Below, one piece after another: positions 10,700 to 21,621 of a stretch of DNA of 64,000 nucleotides (position 1 is its first letter; each line of letters starts with the position of its first letter). A model generated the notes under the pieces. It did no database searches, was not told the DNA's origin, and saw nothing but the letters and a program-made list of their open reading frames with translations. Source of the DNA: a virus; the IMG/VR virus record IMGVR_UViG_3300032307_000797, one strand, 5' to 3'. The position numbers and the translations under genes were made by a program.

Positions 10700-11616
10700 T
10701 ATTCGGTAATAGTATCAAAGTTTAATGTTTCATCTATGTCAGTTCTTTCTTCACGTACTTCGTATAGAGTTTCGTTAAACTCATCCTTAACCTCGTAAAG
10801 ATTGTACTGTCTGTATATGTTATTATTGTTATCGTAAATTGTGTATATACCTTGAGAAACGGCTTTACTTTGATTACCATACAATGCGTGTGCAAGTGTA
10901 GTTGTGTCATGTTCTACCATTTCAATCTCAATTGTTGTTGGGTTGAAGTAGGTATTTGTTAAAATAATTTTTTGTGACGGCGTACCGATAAATGGAACCG
11001 TATTTGGTTTGTTTGACGGTGCCGATGATGGTGTTACCGTCAAAAACATCAAATTCGTTGCTTGTTCACTATATTGATAACGAATCGCCTTTTGTGATGT
11101 ACTTGTTAAGTTTGAAACTATCGGAGTACAATAGAATGAAGAAGTTACAACTCTATAAAAATTGGAAATCTTCTTATTGTCAGATGTGTTGATATATTCA
11201 ACTCTGTATCCGACCAACCCTTGTGGGGTAAACTTATTTCTATCAGCCGCAGGTACATTACTTAAATCAATAACTAAACCTCTTACAGAAGGTAATGAAG
11301 CCAAAATACCACAATCAGTAATTGTTGTACGAATCTGTTTTGGTCTTATGTGTAAGGTATAAATCCCCAATTCTGAGAAATCTCCTGAAGCCAACTTTAA
11401 ATTGTACATACCACCCAAAATTTCCACATCGGGTGCCGCTGTGTCATCTGTGGTATCTGCATTATGAAAAACCGGAGTTAAAATATCACTCGGACTCAAT
11501 CTTTTTAATGTTGCAGTTGCGTCACTTGTTCTTCCTGAAACGTAGTGGTAATAGATTTCCACATCTTCAGGAGAAACATCCGCGGGTCTAATAATTCCGT
11601 AACTACCTACTGCCAT
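10699..11616 (-). CDS. Putative virion structural (baseplate-region) protein
   Basis: 305 aa; TATTTAT upstream; stop overlaps the start of the giant gene. Confidence 0.65.
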   Translation of the reverse strand: MAVGSYGIIRPADVSPEDVEIYYHYVSGRTSDATATLKRLSPSDILTPVFHNADTTDDTAAPDVEILGGMYNLKLASGDFSELGIYTLHIRPKQIRTTITDCGILASLPSVRGLVIDLSNVPAADRNKFTPQGLVGYRVEYINTSDNKKISNFYRVVTSSFYCTPIVSNLTSTSQKAIRYQYSEQATNLMFLTVTPSSAPSNKPNTVPFIGTPSQKIILTNTYFNPTTIEIEMVEHDTTTLAHALYGNQSKAVSQGIYTIYDNNNNIYRQYNLYEVKDEFNETLYEVREERTDIDETLNFDTITE

Positions 11617-11641
11617 GATTTTTTATTAATAAATATAAATT

Positions 11642-12754
11642 TTATTGTTTTCTTATTTTAAAATATCCATTTACATAGATATCTAATTCACCTGTGTTAT
11701 CGATTTCTCCTAATCTTAATGTTTTTTCTAATACCCCTTGTTTACCTCTTTCAACGAATATGTCCGAGAAAATAGTTGGTTCGTCAATAAACCCTAAGAA
11801 ATGTTCGTTCCTCGTAATTGCGAAGTTCATCACCTCTTCTTTTGTGAAACCTGAGGTACTACCTGTAATAGTGGTCACTCCGTCCTCAAAATCACGATAA
11901 TATAAATTATCAATAGTATATGCACTGTACGATATACCTGAAGTTGTTCCCGTAGTTACACCTGAATAAGTGTTGGAACCGTAAAGTTTCTTTTCGTCGA
12001 TTCTACTCTTACCAATTGCCGCATATGTAAATGTGGTATTTCCCGTGGTTCCTGTAGTTGCATACTCTAAATCATTTAAATAATTTAAAGTTTGACCAGT
12101 GATTGTTGAGTATGGTATTGTAAATCCACTAAACGTACCTAAAGGGTCAGATACCGTCGTGTTTGACGGTACCGTTACCTGTTTTTCTAATTTAAAATCT
12201 AACCATGGAGTACTCAATGATATTGATATCGTTTTAACTCCTGTTGAACCGTAAGTTTTTGTTACAGAATTTAAAGTAGTTCCTGTGTGGGTAGTTAATG
12301 TACTTGTGGTTGAATCTCCCCAATCTACGGTGAAATTTACCGTATGGATTTCAGATACTTTACTAGCATCAACGGTGTTATAAACCTGAACGGTATTTCC
12401 TGTTTGGGTATATGAAAAATTACATATTTGTTCAACTTGTTCAATATTACCATCGAACCCAACCATAACTCCCATTTCATCCACAGATGATTCTAAGAAC
12501 AATGGAACGTCATAACTACCCATTGCGTCGGATTGTGTGATAGATGACCATGTCGACCCTAACCACTCGTAATAACCCGTAGGAACACTACCGGTGACGT
12601 TATAAACCACATCACCAACTGATGGTGGTAATGTTGTCGAACCCGACCATGGAACCCAATTCCCGAAATAATCATACCAATACTCTCCTGTTAGTGAGTG
12701 TAATCTCACATTAGATATGTTTTTTCTTAATATTTTATATGTGTTTTTTTCCAT
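11642..12754 (-). CDS. Putative virion structural protein with a PKD/Ig-like segment
   Basis: 370 aa; FTVDWGDS...KTYGSTGVKTISI is PKD-like; 11 [ST]GxT motifs. Confidence 0.6.
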   Translation of the reverse strand: MEKNTYKILRKNISNVRLHSLTGEYWYDYFGNWVPWSGSTTLPPSVGDVVYNVTGSVPTGYYEWLGSTWSSITQSDAMGSYDVPLFLESSVDEMGVMVGFDGNIEQVEQICNFSYTQTGNTVQVYNTVDASKVSEIHTVNFTVDWGDSTTSTLTTHTGTTLNSVTKTYGSTGVKTISISLSTPWLDFKLEKQVTVPSNTTVSDPLGTFSGFTIPYSTITGQTLNYLNDLEYATTGTTGNTTFTYAAIGKSRIDEKKLYGSNTYSGVTTGTTSGISYSAYTIDNLYYRDFEDGVTTITGSTSGFTKEEVMNFAITRNEHFLGFIDEPTIFSDIFVERGKQGVLEKTLRLGEIDNTGELDIYVNGYFKIRKQ

Positions 12755-13605
12755 TATAAAAACTTTTCATAAAATACTATTGGGTCATTAGTTTCTCCGA
12801 TTCTTGAACCAACAGAACCATTAAATCTGAAAACTTGATATGAATAATCTGACCTATCAATAACCACCTTATAATACATATCATTTTCTTCTACGATAAT
12901 ATCATTTGGGGTTTTTGTTTTATTTGTAAAATCGAATACTTCTGCCGTTTTTGCGTTGTAAAACTTTGCCGTCATGTAAAATGTGTTACCCGTCAATGTT
13001 GTTTCATCAAAGGGAGTATCATCACCGAACCAGAAGAAGTACATATTTTCTTTATTTCTATAATTTGAACCCATGAATACAGGAAAATATATGTAATCAT
13101 TTAGAGAAACTGTACCCCCACTTGTAGTTCCGGTATAAAAAACTTTCTCACCGATTGGTAATGCCAAATTTTTAGCAAAAACCATTCTTCTATTTATACT
13201 TGTTGGTGCCTCATCATTCGGGGTTTTATAAAACTCTAATCTGAAAAAACTTTCAGTAGATTGTTTTAACATTAACGCATTTTCTTGTAATGTTATATCC
13301 ATTAATTGGTAATCCTGTTCATAGGTTACACCTGTAATAATTGGATTTGCCGGATTTGAAGTGTTGTAGTCGTAGTTACCGAAATAGAAATAAAACCATA
13401 TATCAGTTTGTGTAAATCCTGTTGTGTTCGTGTACGGTTTGTGGATATATCTTACTGTTTCATAATTCTCCGTTGGGTTAATGATTTCATAAAGAATTTC
13501 CTTTTCCATCATTTCCGCATTCTCCGTCCACCCCAAATCAGATTTGAATGAGTGTGTTGGGTTAACAACGATATTTTGGTCGGTATTTTGTCTTAATATT
13601 TCCAC
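12754..13605 (-). CDS. Putative virion structural protein
   Basis: 283 aa, GTG start, tightly packed in the baseplate operon. Confidence 0.6.
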   Translation of the reverse strand: MEILRQNTDQNIVVNPTHSFKSDLGWTENAEMMEKEILYEIINPTENYETVRYIHKPYTNTTGFTQTDIWFYFYFGNYDYNTSNPANPIITGVTYEQDYQLMDITLQENALMLKQSTESFFRLEFYKTPNDEAPTSINRRMVFAKNLALPIGEKVFYTGTTSGGTVSLNDYIYFPVFMGSNYRNKENMYFFWFGDDTPFDETTLTGNTFYMTAKFYNAKTAEVFDFTNKTKTPNDIIVEENDMYYKVVIDRSDYSYQVFRFNGSVGSRIGETNDPIVFYEKFL

Positions 13606-13606
13606 G

Positions 13607-15349
13607 TTAACACTTAAATCTTTTTACTATCTTAATTCCGTCTTGTTTATTTGTGTATTGTTGTTCATTACGTAAATAGAAATTAATATCATTCTTTACA
13701 TAATGTATGTTGTTTATAAATGGGTAACTTGTGCCAAAACCTTCGGGGTCAATAAACCCATGGTCATATAAATCTCTCCATTTCCACAATAACTCGTCCT
13801 CAAAGTATTTTGCGTTTTGTGGTAATCCATATACTTGACTTGTATTTGAAGATTCAACATATGGCGATAACTGTCTTAGTTTTACCCTATGATGTGGTTG
13901 ATAGTATAAACCTACCATATTATCAACAGACGCACCTGAGAAGGTTGCCGAATCATCTTGGTCGTGGTCAAAAATTGTGGTGGGTGATGTTATCTTATGG
14001 TACGCTTCACTAACCACTCTTTCCTTTAATTCTGATTTATTATATTCAATAAATGCACCGTTAAGAGTGGTTCCTGTTGTAATGGTTCCTCCCGAAATAA
14101 ACGTTGTTCCTGACTTTGTGAATGAACCATATGGTACGGTAGTTTCTACTGATGTTGTACCACTAAAATGTTGGTCAATCCATGTGTCATGGAAATTAAA
14201 TTTATAACCAACTTTATATGGGTAATCAAAATATCCATTTTTGTTTTTGAATACAACTGAAACATAAACATCTGTTGGTAAGTACCCAAGGTTGTTGGTT
14301 AATCCCGTTAATGTAAACGGCTCTTTGAAATCATAAATCAACGATTCCATTCTATTTCTAACCACTAACACATCATTATCACCAACACTATTTTCAAATA
14401 CCAATTTTCTTTCGTTTTCCCATATAGATGATTCAAATCCAATCTTATCAAGGATGAACGCATCTCCCATGGTTATCACTTTATGTTTATGAACATAGTA
14501 TGTTGATATGGTCTCATCTAATCTGTTTCTATTAATACATCTTTTACCAAAAACTACCGTCGATAATGTGGTGCCCGATGGTATTTCAGATTTACTAATT
14601 TCTAACACATAATTTTCAGAATTATATAATTCACTTCCAACCGAAACAACTGAGAATGTTCTACCGGATTGTGGTACCGTGTTATTTAATGTACCACCCG
14701 AAATCACCACATACTCACCCCTACTAATACCGTGTTCAACAGGACTCGTTAAGAAGTACGATGATTTGTTTTCTGTAACTCTAAACGGTATTCCATCACC
14801 CGCAGTAAAACTATAAACAGTATTACCACTTAACGTGTATTTCATCGGGTGAGACGAGTCACCTGAATAAACATATGATAAACAGATATTCCAATTATGG
14901 AATGGTGCCGTGATTGGGGTTATTTCAATGTGGTCAGTTTGACCCGTAATAACAATATTTTGAGTGAATGCCGATAACACACTTGTTGATGTCGGGTCAT
15001 TAGTTTCCCTTACAACATCATCTCTTAAAAACGCAAATTCATTGTATGGTAAAAATCCATCAAATCTATTACCATCATCATACACCAAATATAAATTCTT
15101 TTTTAGTGGTTGGTATCCTGTTGTACCACTATAAAGGTTTCTAAAAACCATTTTAAGTTTTCCATGAATCTTATAATGAGGACTTTCATTTCTTTCTTTA
15201 GCAAAAAGAATTGATGTGTCTAATAGAATAGTTCTATCACCTTCTCTGAGCAAATTTTTAGATTCATCTAAATTTATTTTTAGATTTAAATCTTCATCAA
15301 TTGCTCCGAAGAATTTTTTAGATGGTAATATGAGTCTTTTCTTTTCCAT
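13607..15349 (-). CDS. Putative virion structural protein
   Basis: 580 aa, translationally coupled, rich in [ST]GxT. Confidence 0.6.
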   Translation of the reverse strand: MEKKRLILPSKKFFGAIDEDLNLKINLDESKNLLREGDRTILLDTSILFAKERNESPHYKIHGKLKMVFRNLYSGTTGYQPLKKNLYLVYDDGNRFDGFLPYNEFAFLRDDVVRETNDPTSTSVLSAFTQNIVITGQTDHIEITPITAPFHNWNICLSYVYSGDSSHPMKYTLSGNTVYSFTAGDGIPFRVTENKSSYFLTSPVEHGISRGEYVVISGGTLNNTVPQSGRTFSVVSVGSELYNSENYVLEISKSEIPSGTTLSTVVFGKRCINRNRLDETISTYYVHKHKVITMGDAFILDKIGFESSIWENERKLVFENSVGDNDVLVVRNRMESLIYDFKEPFTLTGLTNNLGYLPTDVYVSVVFKNKNGYFDYPYKVGYKFNFHDTWIDQHFSGTTSVETTVPYGSFTKSGTTFISGGTITTGTTLNGAFIEYNKSELKERVVSEAYHKITSPTTIFDHDQDDSATFSGASVDNMVGLYYQPHHRVKLRQLSPYVESSNTSQVYGLPQNAKYFEDELLWKWRDLYDHGFIDPEGFGTSYPFINNIHYVKNDINFYLRNEQQYTNKQDGIKIVKRFKC

Positions 15350-18300
15350 TATTCAGCTGGTGGGAACGCCCCTAAAGGACCAAAACGTTTTATGAATTTA
15401 TCAACACCTGTGTTACCCGGTCTTAATCCAAAATAGAATTGGAATGGGGTCGATAATATTTGTTTATTACCCGAATAGTAATCTTGTGTTTTTCTTATTA
15501 TAAAATCCATTGTACTATCCCAAGTCAATGAATGCCACGTACCCGCGGTACCGTATCTTGTATACAGTATACCCGACGTTGGGGTTGTTACAGTTCCACC
15601 GGTTACCCACAAATACGTAAAGCCAGGATATTGAGTATCATATGACGTGTGATTATCTGTTACAGAATCTTCAACAACATCAAATTCAACTGCGTTTGTT
15701 ACATTTAAACCACTGATTGATAAGCCACTAAAAGTGTATGTCATCGGTAACAATAAATAAGGGTCAGATGGGTCATTTGTACCACCTGTTAATGTATAAC
15801 CATAAGTCATTCCTTGTAATGGTTGACTTTCAATCAATGTATAATCCCAAGATTGGTCGTCCTTTGTTGCATCGTTATATGGACCAAATCCCGGACCTCC
15901 TTTATCCCATAAAAAGAAAGGAACTTCTTGGGAAGCTTCAGTTAATCTACCCGGTTCATTTAAACATGCACGGACTCTTTGACCATCGTTATCAAATTCC
16001 ATGGTAATTGGTGTCGGTCCCCATACTGTTGTCCCACTTTTAAAAACCGTAGGATATGTTTCGGGGTCAAGAATTTGATAAGAGTAACCCAAATATTTTG
16101 GACTCTGTAAATTAAATTCTTCAATACCAACTTCATTATTAATTGATATTAATTGAAGTATGTCTCCGTCTAAAACTTTTCTACCAAATCCTGATTGTTG
16201 GAATCCATCGTTGTCAAAAAATTCATTCAAACTAAAGTTTTCGTCTGCCTCGGTATCCATTCTATAGTTAATAACTAACCCAAGTAATTCCCCAAAACTT
16301 TGGAATGATGATGGACCAATTGACCTTACAACTGAACAATTAGGGTCAAGTGCGGGGTCTGTACATATTTCTTTAATAAATTCATCTCTCGGACCTAAAT
16401 CAACCATTGTTGTTGGGTGCCCTAATCTTTTTTGATTTGTTGAGTATGTTTCGCCTTGGAATACACCGAATGCAGATGATTTAGTTGAACGATAATAGAA
16501 ACGTTTCACCTCATCCCCACTAGTTGTTTCTTTGACTTTATAATAAAGTAAGTCTTCACAATAATTTGTTCGAGCATAATTTAAATCGAGAGCTTCTTCA
16601 TCATCCCATCTAACCTTTGCCTTGAATTGGAAAAAATATAATGAACCACTTAACCAATTATCGATATAACCGTAGTTTACAATTCCTCCACAGAACATTG
16701 TTCCTACTCTTTTTCTTCTTCTATATTCTTTTAGTATTGAGAATATTCTACCAACACTTTGTGAGCCAGGAAGAAAATAGAATACTCCGTTACTGAATTC
16801 ACTATAAGCCCTACCTCCAGTGTCTGCCGGAGTATTTGGTGAATATGTGTCACCAGCATAAGATGTTGGTAATCCGTATTCATTATTGTTTGATAATCTG
16901 GTTGCAGTAACATCCATTCCCGCGGTGTACGTTGAGGATGGGGTTCTACCTGTTCCTATATAATACGTCTCAACTATATTTTCATTGTATGGTATATCAT
17001 ATAATTCACATCCTTCCTCTAATTGAGTCGTGACTGATAATGGATTTTCAACTTCGTTTACGTCTCTAATTTCACAATCATATACTTGTGAATCACTAAA
17101 TAAACCTTCAGGGTCTTGGAATGTTAATGTGTATCCCGTACAGATTGGGTTTAATGGGTCGGTAGTGTCATAATCAACAACGATACTAAATCCAGTATCC
17201 CCTGAACTTGTTATTGGGGTCAGAGGAACAATTGTGGTAGTTCCACCCGATGTTGTGTGTGTTAAAACATAGTTCGCCTGATTATTAACAAAATCTTGAG
17301 CACTTGTACATTGGTCAGTATTCCATATTAATGTTGCACCACTACATGTACCTCCGGTATATGGGTTAGTACTATAATAAACATCACTACCTACAATTAA
17401 ATTTCTATTTCCTTCATCACTACTACCAGTAATGTCAATAGTACCAACTTCACAATAATCAAGTTCACTTACCTCACCCTGTGAAGTACCAAATTCACTA
17501 TCACCATTACATTCTTCACATTCAGGATAGTTTATTAAGTATAATTTTCTTTGAGTCGCATCTTGGAATCTATATGCCCCTTTTCTGATTGTTCTTGCCA
17601 ATCTTCTAATTGGCCAGAAATCCACAGCATCCGCCAAACTATGTAGAAAATACGCAACCACATTTGTTAAGAAAAATGTGAATAGATTAATTAAGTGTTC
17701 AAATAATAATAAAACATCCGCGATTAATAATTGGAATGTATAATTTTTAAATCCAAAATTAACGGGTGGAGTTAATGAACTTCCCGCACAATCTTCTTCT
17801 TCTGAAGGTACCAATTCTTTTAAACCTAAGAATCTATCTTTTGTAAATGAATCCCCTTTAAAATATGAACCTTGGAAAGATGATACCGTGTAAACTTTGT
17901 TATAATTTAATCTATAGAAATAATCTTCGGGATAATAAAACCCATCAGTGTTACTCAAAATATAATTCTCAACCGCATGTGAAGGATAATCATCATAGTT
18001 TGTTGAGAACGCGTATGATGCGTCTACATTATTTGAATATTCTCTGATATTAGGGACTAAATAATCGGCATTTGCACGTACTCTTTCCAATCCTTCATCA
18101 GATAAACTAAATCTAAATCTATAACATGCTGAAGTTGGAATACCCTTATTTGGGTCATTGGTGTATTCATTTTCACCAAACTCGTTGGTGTATAAATAAT
18201 CCATATTCATTGTTACAGGAACAATGAATGAACCATCCTCGTCAATATCCTCATTAAGTTCTACTTGTTCAAGAATTGGTCTATATTCTTCGTCTTTTCT

Positions 18301-19191
18301 ACTTGAGAATCGTATTGCTTCTACCTTACCTGTTTTAGTAACAAGGTCACATTTACGACCCATTTTTCTTCTTGGTGTACAGTTCTTGTTTACCGAACTT
18401 TTACCAGTGTCGGTGAATGTTCCACCAATAACATATGCCTTAGGTTCAATCCTTACCCCTTTACTTGACAAATCAAAGTCAGTTCTTGTGATTCCAATCT
18501 CACATAAATCTTCATTACCCCAAAATGGGTAAACTTCTATAGTTTGATTGAATGAAACAATTTGTGGTAATGCGTCGAGGTCTTCTGATGTTTTAAAAGT
18601 GTATTCGTTTTTGAATTGGTCGACACCCATACCTTGACGAATAAAATCGTCAGGTCTTAATGAAAAACAACCAATATCGGAAAGGTCAACATCAACATGA
18701 ATTGTTTGGGTGCCGAGCGGTACTCCCCAAATCATGAAATCACCCGCATCATTTGTTTTTGCGGTGTACTTGTAATATTTTTCGTAAACCTCAAGAATCT
18801 CTTCTCGAGTTAAAACGTCTTTTTGGTCAGGAAATGTACCTGTCGGAGCATGTCCTCCGTGTTGTTTTCTTGAGGGTAAGAGATTATACCTGTGTCCTGT
18901 GTCATTTTTATCGGTTACCGATGTAAATGGATATAATTGAGAAACAATAGGGTCTTCACTATCAGTTTCAGTTAAAGGAACAAATATTGAAATTCTTGCA
19001 TTTGGTACTCCAAATCCGTTGTTAACAGAAATTCTACCGACAACTACCCCATAATCGGAGCACATTGATGTATAAACATCCGTTTGGGTGAATTTTAATG
19101 ATAAAATTTCCAATAAGTCATAATCCTGTTTTAACTCGACTGTGACTTTTTGGTCCCTACCAATATTTGTACTTATTCTGTGTTTCTGCAT
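15349..19191 (-). CDS. Large baseplate-associated protein with carboxypeptidase-regulatory-like beta-sandwich and a hydrophobic segment
   Basis: 1280 aa; GVVVGRISVNNGFGVPNARISI...TNDAGDFMIWGVPLG pattern; follows the gp6-like gene; TATTTAT upstream. Confidence 0.6.
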   Translation of the reverse strand: MQKHRISTNIGRDQKVTVELKQDYDLLEILSLKFTQTDVYTSMCSDYGVVVGRISVNNGFGVPNARISIFVPLTETDSEDPIVSQLYPFTSVTDKNDTGHRYNLLPSRKQHGGHAPTGTFPDQKDVLTREEILEVYEKYYKYTAKTNDAGDFMIWGVPLGTQTIHVDVDLSDIGCFSLRPDDFIRQGMGVDQFKNEYTFKTSEDLDALPQIVSFNQTIEVYPFWGNEDLCEIGITRTDFDLSSKGVRIEPKAYVIGGTFTDTGKSSVNKNCTPRRKMGRKCDLVTKTGKVEAIRFSSRKDEEYRPILEQVELNEDIDEDGSFIVPVTMNMDYLYTNEFGENEYTNDPNKGIPTSACYRFRFSLSDEGLERVRANADYLVPNIREYSNNVDASYAFSTNYDDYPSHAVENYILSNTDGFYYPEDYFYRLNYNKVYTVSSFQGSYFKGDSFTKDRFLGLKELVPSEEEDCAGSSLTPPVNFGFKNYTFQLLIADVLLLFEHLINLFTFFLTNVVAYFLHSLADAVDFWPIRRLARTIRKGAYRFQDATQRKLYLINYPECEECNGDSEFGTSQGEVSELDYCEVGTIDITGSSDEGNRNLIVGSDVYYSTNPYTGGTCSGATLIWNTDQCTSAQDFVNNQANYVLTHTTSGGTTTIVPLTPITSSGDTGFSIVVDYDTTDPLNPICTGYTLTFQDPEGLFSDSQVYDCEIRDVNEVENPLSVTTQLEEGCELYDIPYNENIVETYYIGTGRTPSSTYTAGMDVTATRLSNNNEYGLPTSYAGDTYSPNTPADTGGRAYSEFSNGVFYFLPGSQSVGRIFSILKEYRRRKRVGTMFCGGIVNYGYIDNWLSGSLYFFQFKAKVRWDDEEALDLNYARTNYCEDLLYYKVKETTSGDEVKRFYYRSTKSSAFGVFQGETYSTNQKRLGHPTTMVDLGPRDEFIKEICTDPALDPNCSVVRSIGPSSFQSFGELLGLVINYRMDTEADENFSLNEFFDNDGFQQSGFGRKVLDGDILQLISINNEVGIEEFNLQSPKYLGYSYQILDPETYPTVFKSGTTVWGPTPITMEFDNDGQRVRACLNEPGRLTEASQEVPFFLWDKGGPGFGPYNDATKDDQSWDYTLIESQPLQGMTYGYTLTGGTNDPSDPYLLLPMTYTFSGLSISGLNVTNAVEFDVVEDSVTDNHTSYDTQYPGFTYLWVTGGTVTTPTSGILYTRYGTAGTWHSLTWDSTMDFIIRKTQDYYSGNKQILSTPFQFYFGLRPGNTGVDKFIKRFGPLGAFPPAE

Positions 19192-19249
19192 ACCTTACCT
19201 ATATAAATAGAAATCTATTTATTTTCTTAAAAAATACAGAAAATAAAAA

Positions 19250-21082
19250 TTAGAATGTAGTCGAACCGAGAGTTTTGACTCTTATTTTGATATCTTTATT
19301 CGGGAATCGTATTTGGAAAATCTGATTAGATTTCATGTATACCGTCATGTCAGATTGTAAGATTTCCTTAGTTGCAGGGTCAGAATAAGATTGTGCAACT
19401 TCGGCACTTGAATACTCACCACCGGTTAAGTTGAAAACTCGTACATCAACAACGTTCACGACCCCATTTACTTGTCCGATTAATCTATTTAAATCACCAA
19501 CAAGAAGTGGGTCTCCCATCTTTCTTTTTTCAATCGCAAAATATTCAACAATGTCTTCAATAGAGGTTTTAATGATTTCAGTTTGATTACCGTTTTTATC
19601 AATAACCAAATCAATCTCAAGTCCCATATCAATTACTTGTCCACTTTCAATATCCACATAATCGTTAATCATACGATATTCGGACAAGTAGTTAAGGATA
19701 TTATTTTTTAGGGTTGTCGACACGGTATCTGAAAGATTACCATTTTCGTCATATGATAACAATTTGATTTTTACCTTGTTATCTTCCTCCATCACATTAA
19801 CCTTAGCCGGCGCACCATATGTTGACGGCATCGTCTCAATCAATGATTTATAATCGTTCAATGTCACCGCTCTGTTTTGTGCTGCGAAATTGTAAGCAAT
19901 CATGTTTCTTATTTCATCGATTGATGGTTGGTCCGCTCCACCGATTGCCGGTGTTATGTTGGTAACAATCAATGATTGATTTACTTGTGAATTAATTGAT
20001 GAGTTAGGACCGTTTAATACGAAATCAACGTCATCAATACTTGTAACGACATTCACACCTAAATTACTGTCCTTACCACCACCAATACGATATTTGATGA
20101 ATACAGTTGTACCCACCTTAGGTAATGCACCTAATGACATGTTATTTAAATAGGTCCCTAAGTTTACTTTTAGTGAACCATTCATGTAATCGTCAAGATT
20201 ATCCATTGGGTCCACATTACCACTACCAAATGTTACTGAGAAATAACCTTCAGGTGTATATTCTGTGATGAATTTATTGGCAACTGAAATATATTTTCCC
20301 GCCCTAAAATTATCCTTATCGGATGCGTTAGTTGGGTCCTGAACAAATACTTTATCTTGAATTAATGATTTAACTTCATACCATTTATTTGTTGGGTCCA
20401 AGAATTCAGAGTTTGTTGGGTTACCCGCAAATGATGTACCATCTTTATGGATAACCGAAGTAATACCTAAAACATTTTGTTCAGGTAAATAAAGTTTTAA
20501 GAATGGTTTTTGGTCAAGTTCAGTAATAACTTTTCTAAAGATTCTTGTTACACCGTTTACCACCGCTTCTCTTTTGGTAATGGTATATGATATCAAACGA
20601 TTGTTCCCATCGAAATTAGGAATCTTTAATCTATTGGGTTCACCTTTACTATTGAAAGGGTTAGCAAAATCAATGTCTTCAATTGTTTCAAATGATTGTC
20701 CACCACCACTAACTTGTGCACCTGCTTTGATTGTTCCTAAATAACGTTCATCTTCTTTATCACCTCTAACGGGTACATTAATACTAAAATCACATAGTGC
20801 AACTGAAGGTCTTGTACCGGGTAATCTAATACCATATGTTTTAGCAATATGGAAAAGAGATTGTCTTTGTTGAGCAAAATCCAACATTGTTTCTTGCCAA
20901 ACTCTATCAATATGATAATGTAAGTTATCGGTAACCGCCGCGTTTAAATCCAATAGTACAGAATAAATCGATGCGTCATTAGTATTCTTTACTAAATCGG
21001 GATAGTATTCTTTTGTTAGATTAACTAATTCCTGTCTTAATCCCGCAAAATCTCTCGTTGCGTATGATATCTTTTTAGCCAT
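19250..21082 (-). CDS. Baseplate wedge protein (T4 gp6 / baseplate J-like)
   Basis: ISYATRDFAGLRQEL N-terminus; GGADQPSIDEIR...AQNRAVTLNDY signature; adjacent to the gp25-like gene. Confidence 0.88.
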   Translation of the reverse strand: MAKKISYATRDFAGLRQELVNLTKEYYPDLVKNTNDASIYSVLLDLNAAVTDNLHYHIDRVWQETMLDFAQQRQSLFHIAKTYGIRLPGTRPSVALCDFSINVPVRGDKEDERYLGTIKAGAQVSGGGQSFETIEDIDFANPFNSKGEPNRLKIPNFDGNNRLISYTITKREAVVNGVTRIFRKVITELDQKPFLKLYLPEQNVLGITSVIHKDGTSFAGNPTNSEFLDPTNKWYEVKSLIQDKVFVQDPTNASDKDNFRAGKYISVANKFITEYTPEGYFSVTFGSGNVDPMDNLDDYMNGSLKVNLGTYLNNMSLGALPKVGTTVFIKYRIGGGKDSNLGVNVVTSIDDVDFVLNGPNSSINSQVNQSLIVTNITPAIGGADQPSIDEIRNMIAYNFAAQNRAVTLNDYKSLIETMPSTYGAPAKVNVMEEDNKVKIKLLSYDENGNLSDTVSTTLKNNILNYLSEYRMINDYVDIESGQVIDMGLEIDLVIDKNGNQTEIIKTSIEDIVEYFAIEKRKMGDPLLVGDLNRLIGQVNGVVNVVDVRVFNLTGGEYSSAEVAQSYSDPATKEILQSDMTVYMKSNQIFQIRFPNKDIKIRVKTLGSTTF

Positions 21083-21083
21083 A

Positions 21084-21536
21084 TTATATGTTAATAATTA
21101 TAAAATCTGACGAACTAAATGGTTCATTATTAATTTCGTAATCGAGTCTAACTTTTGCGGTGTATGGTTTGGTTGAACTGTCAGATACTCTAAATAATCT
21201 CGCATCGTCCTCCTCACTTACACTCCTTGGTTCCTCGTCATCTTGGTCCGCCGCAGTAATTCTAATCGATGTTATATCTAAATTTGGAATGTATTTTTTT
21301 ACCGTAGTTCTAATTTCATCCTCAATCATTTGAAATGTAACTGCGTCGTTTGGTTCAAAAATAAATTCATATAACCTTGTACCAAAATCAGGTAGATAAT
21401 AACGTGTACCTCTTCTGGTCAAAATAAGGTGCAATAGATTCGCCCTAATTTCCCTGTCAGGAGCTTCTGTCATCTCAAGGAAATTACCCTTTCTACTAAT
21501 TCTAAATGGATAATCTATACCATATGTTGTTGCCAT
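21084..21536 (-). CDS. Baseplate wedge subunit gp25/GPW-like
   Basis: GIDYPF...NLLHLILTRRGTRYYLPDFGTRLYEFIFEP matches the gp25 pattern. Confidence 0.92.
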   Translation of the reverse strand: MATTYGIDYPFRISRKGNFLEMTEAPDREIRANLLHLILTRRGTRYYLPDFGTRLYEFIFEPNDAVTFQMIEDEIRTTVKKYIPNLDITSIRITAADQDDEEPRSVSEEDDARLFRVSDSSTKPYTAKVRLDYEINNEPFSSSDFIIINI

Positions 21537-21573
21537 ATCAATAAATATAAAGAAACTCGGAATACATATAAAT

Positions 21574-21599
21574 AAAAAATCCCGACCTAAGCCGGGATT
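21574..21599 (-). terminator. Intrinsic terminator after nrdA
   Basis: Minus strand AATCCCGG-CTTAGG-TCGGGATT followed by a T-run. Confidence 0.75.
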
Positions 21600-21621
21600 A
21601 TTACAATAATTCTATTTTATC

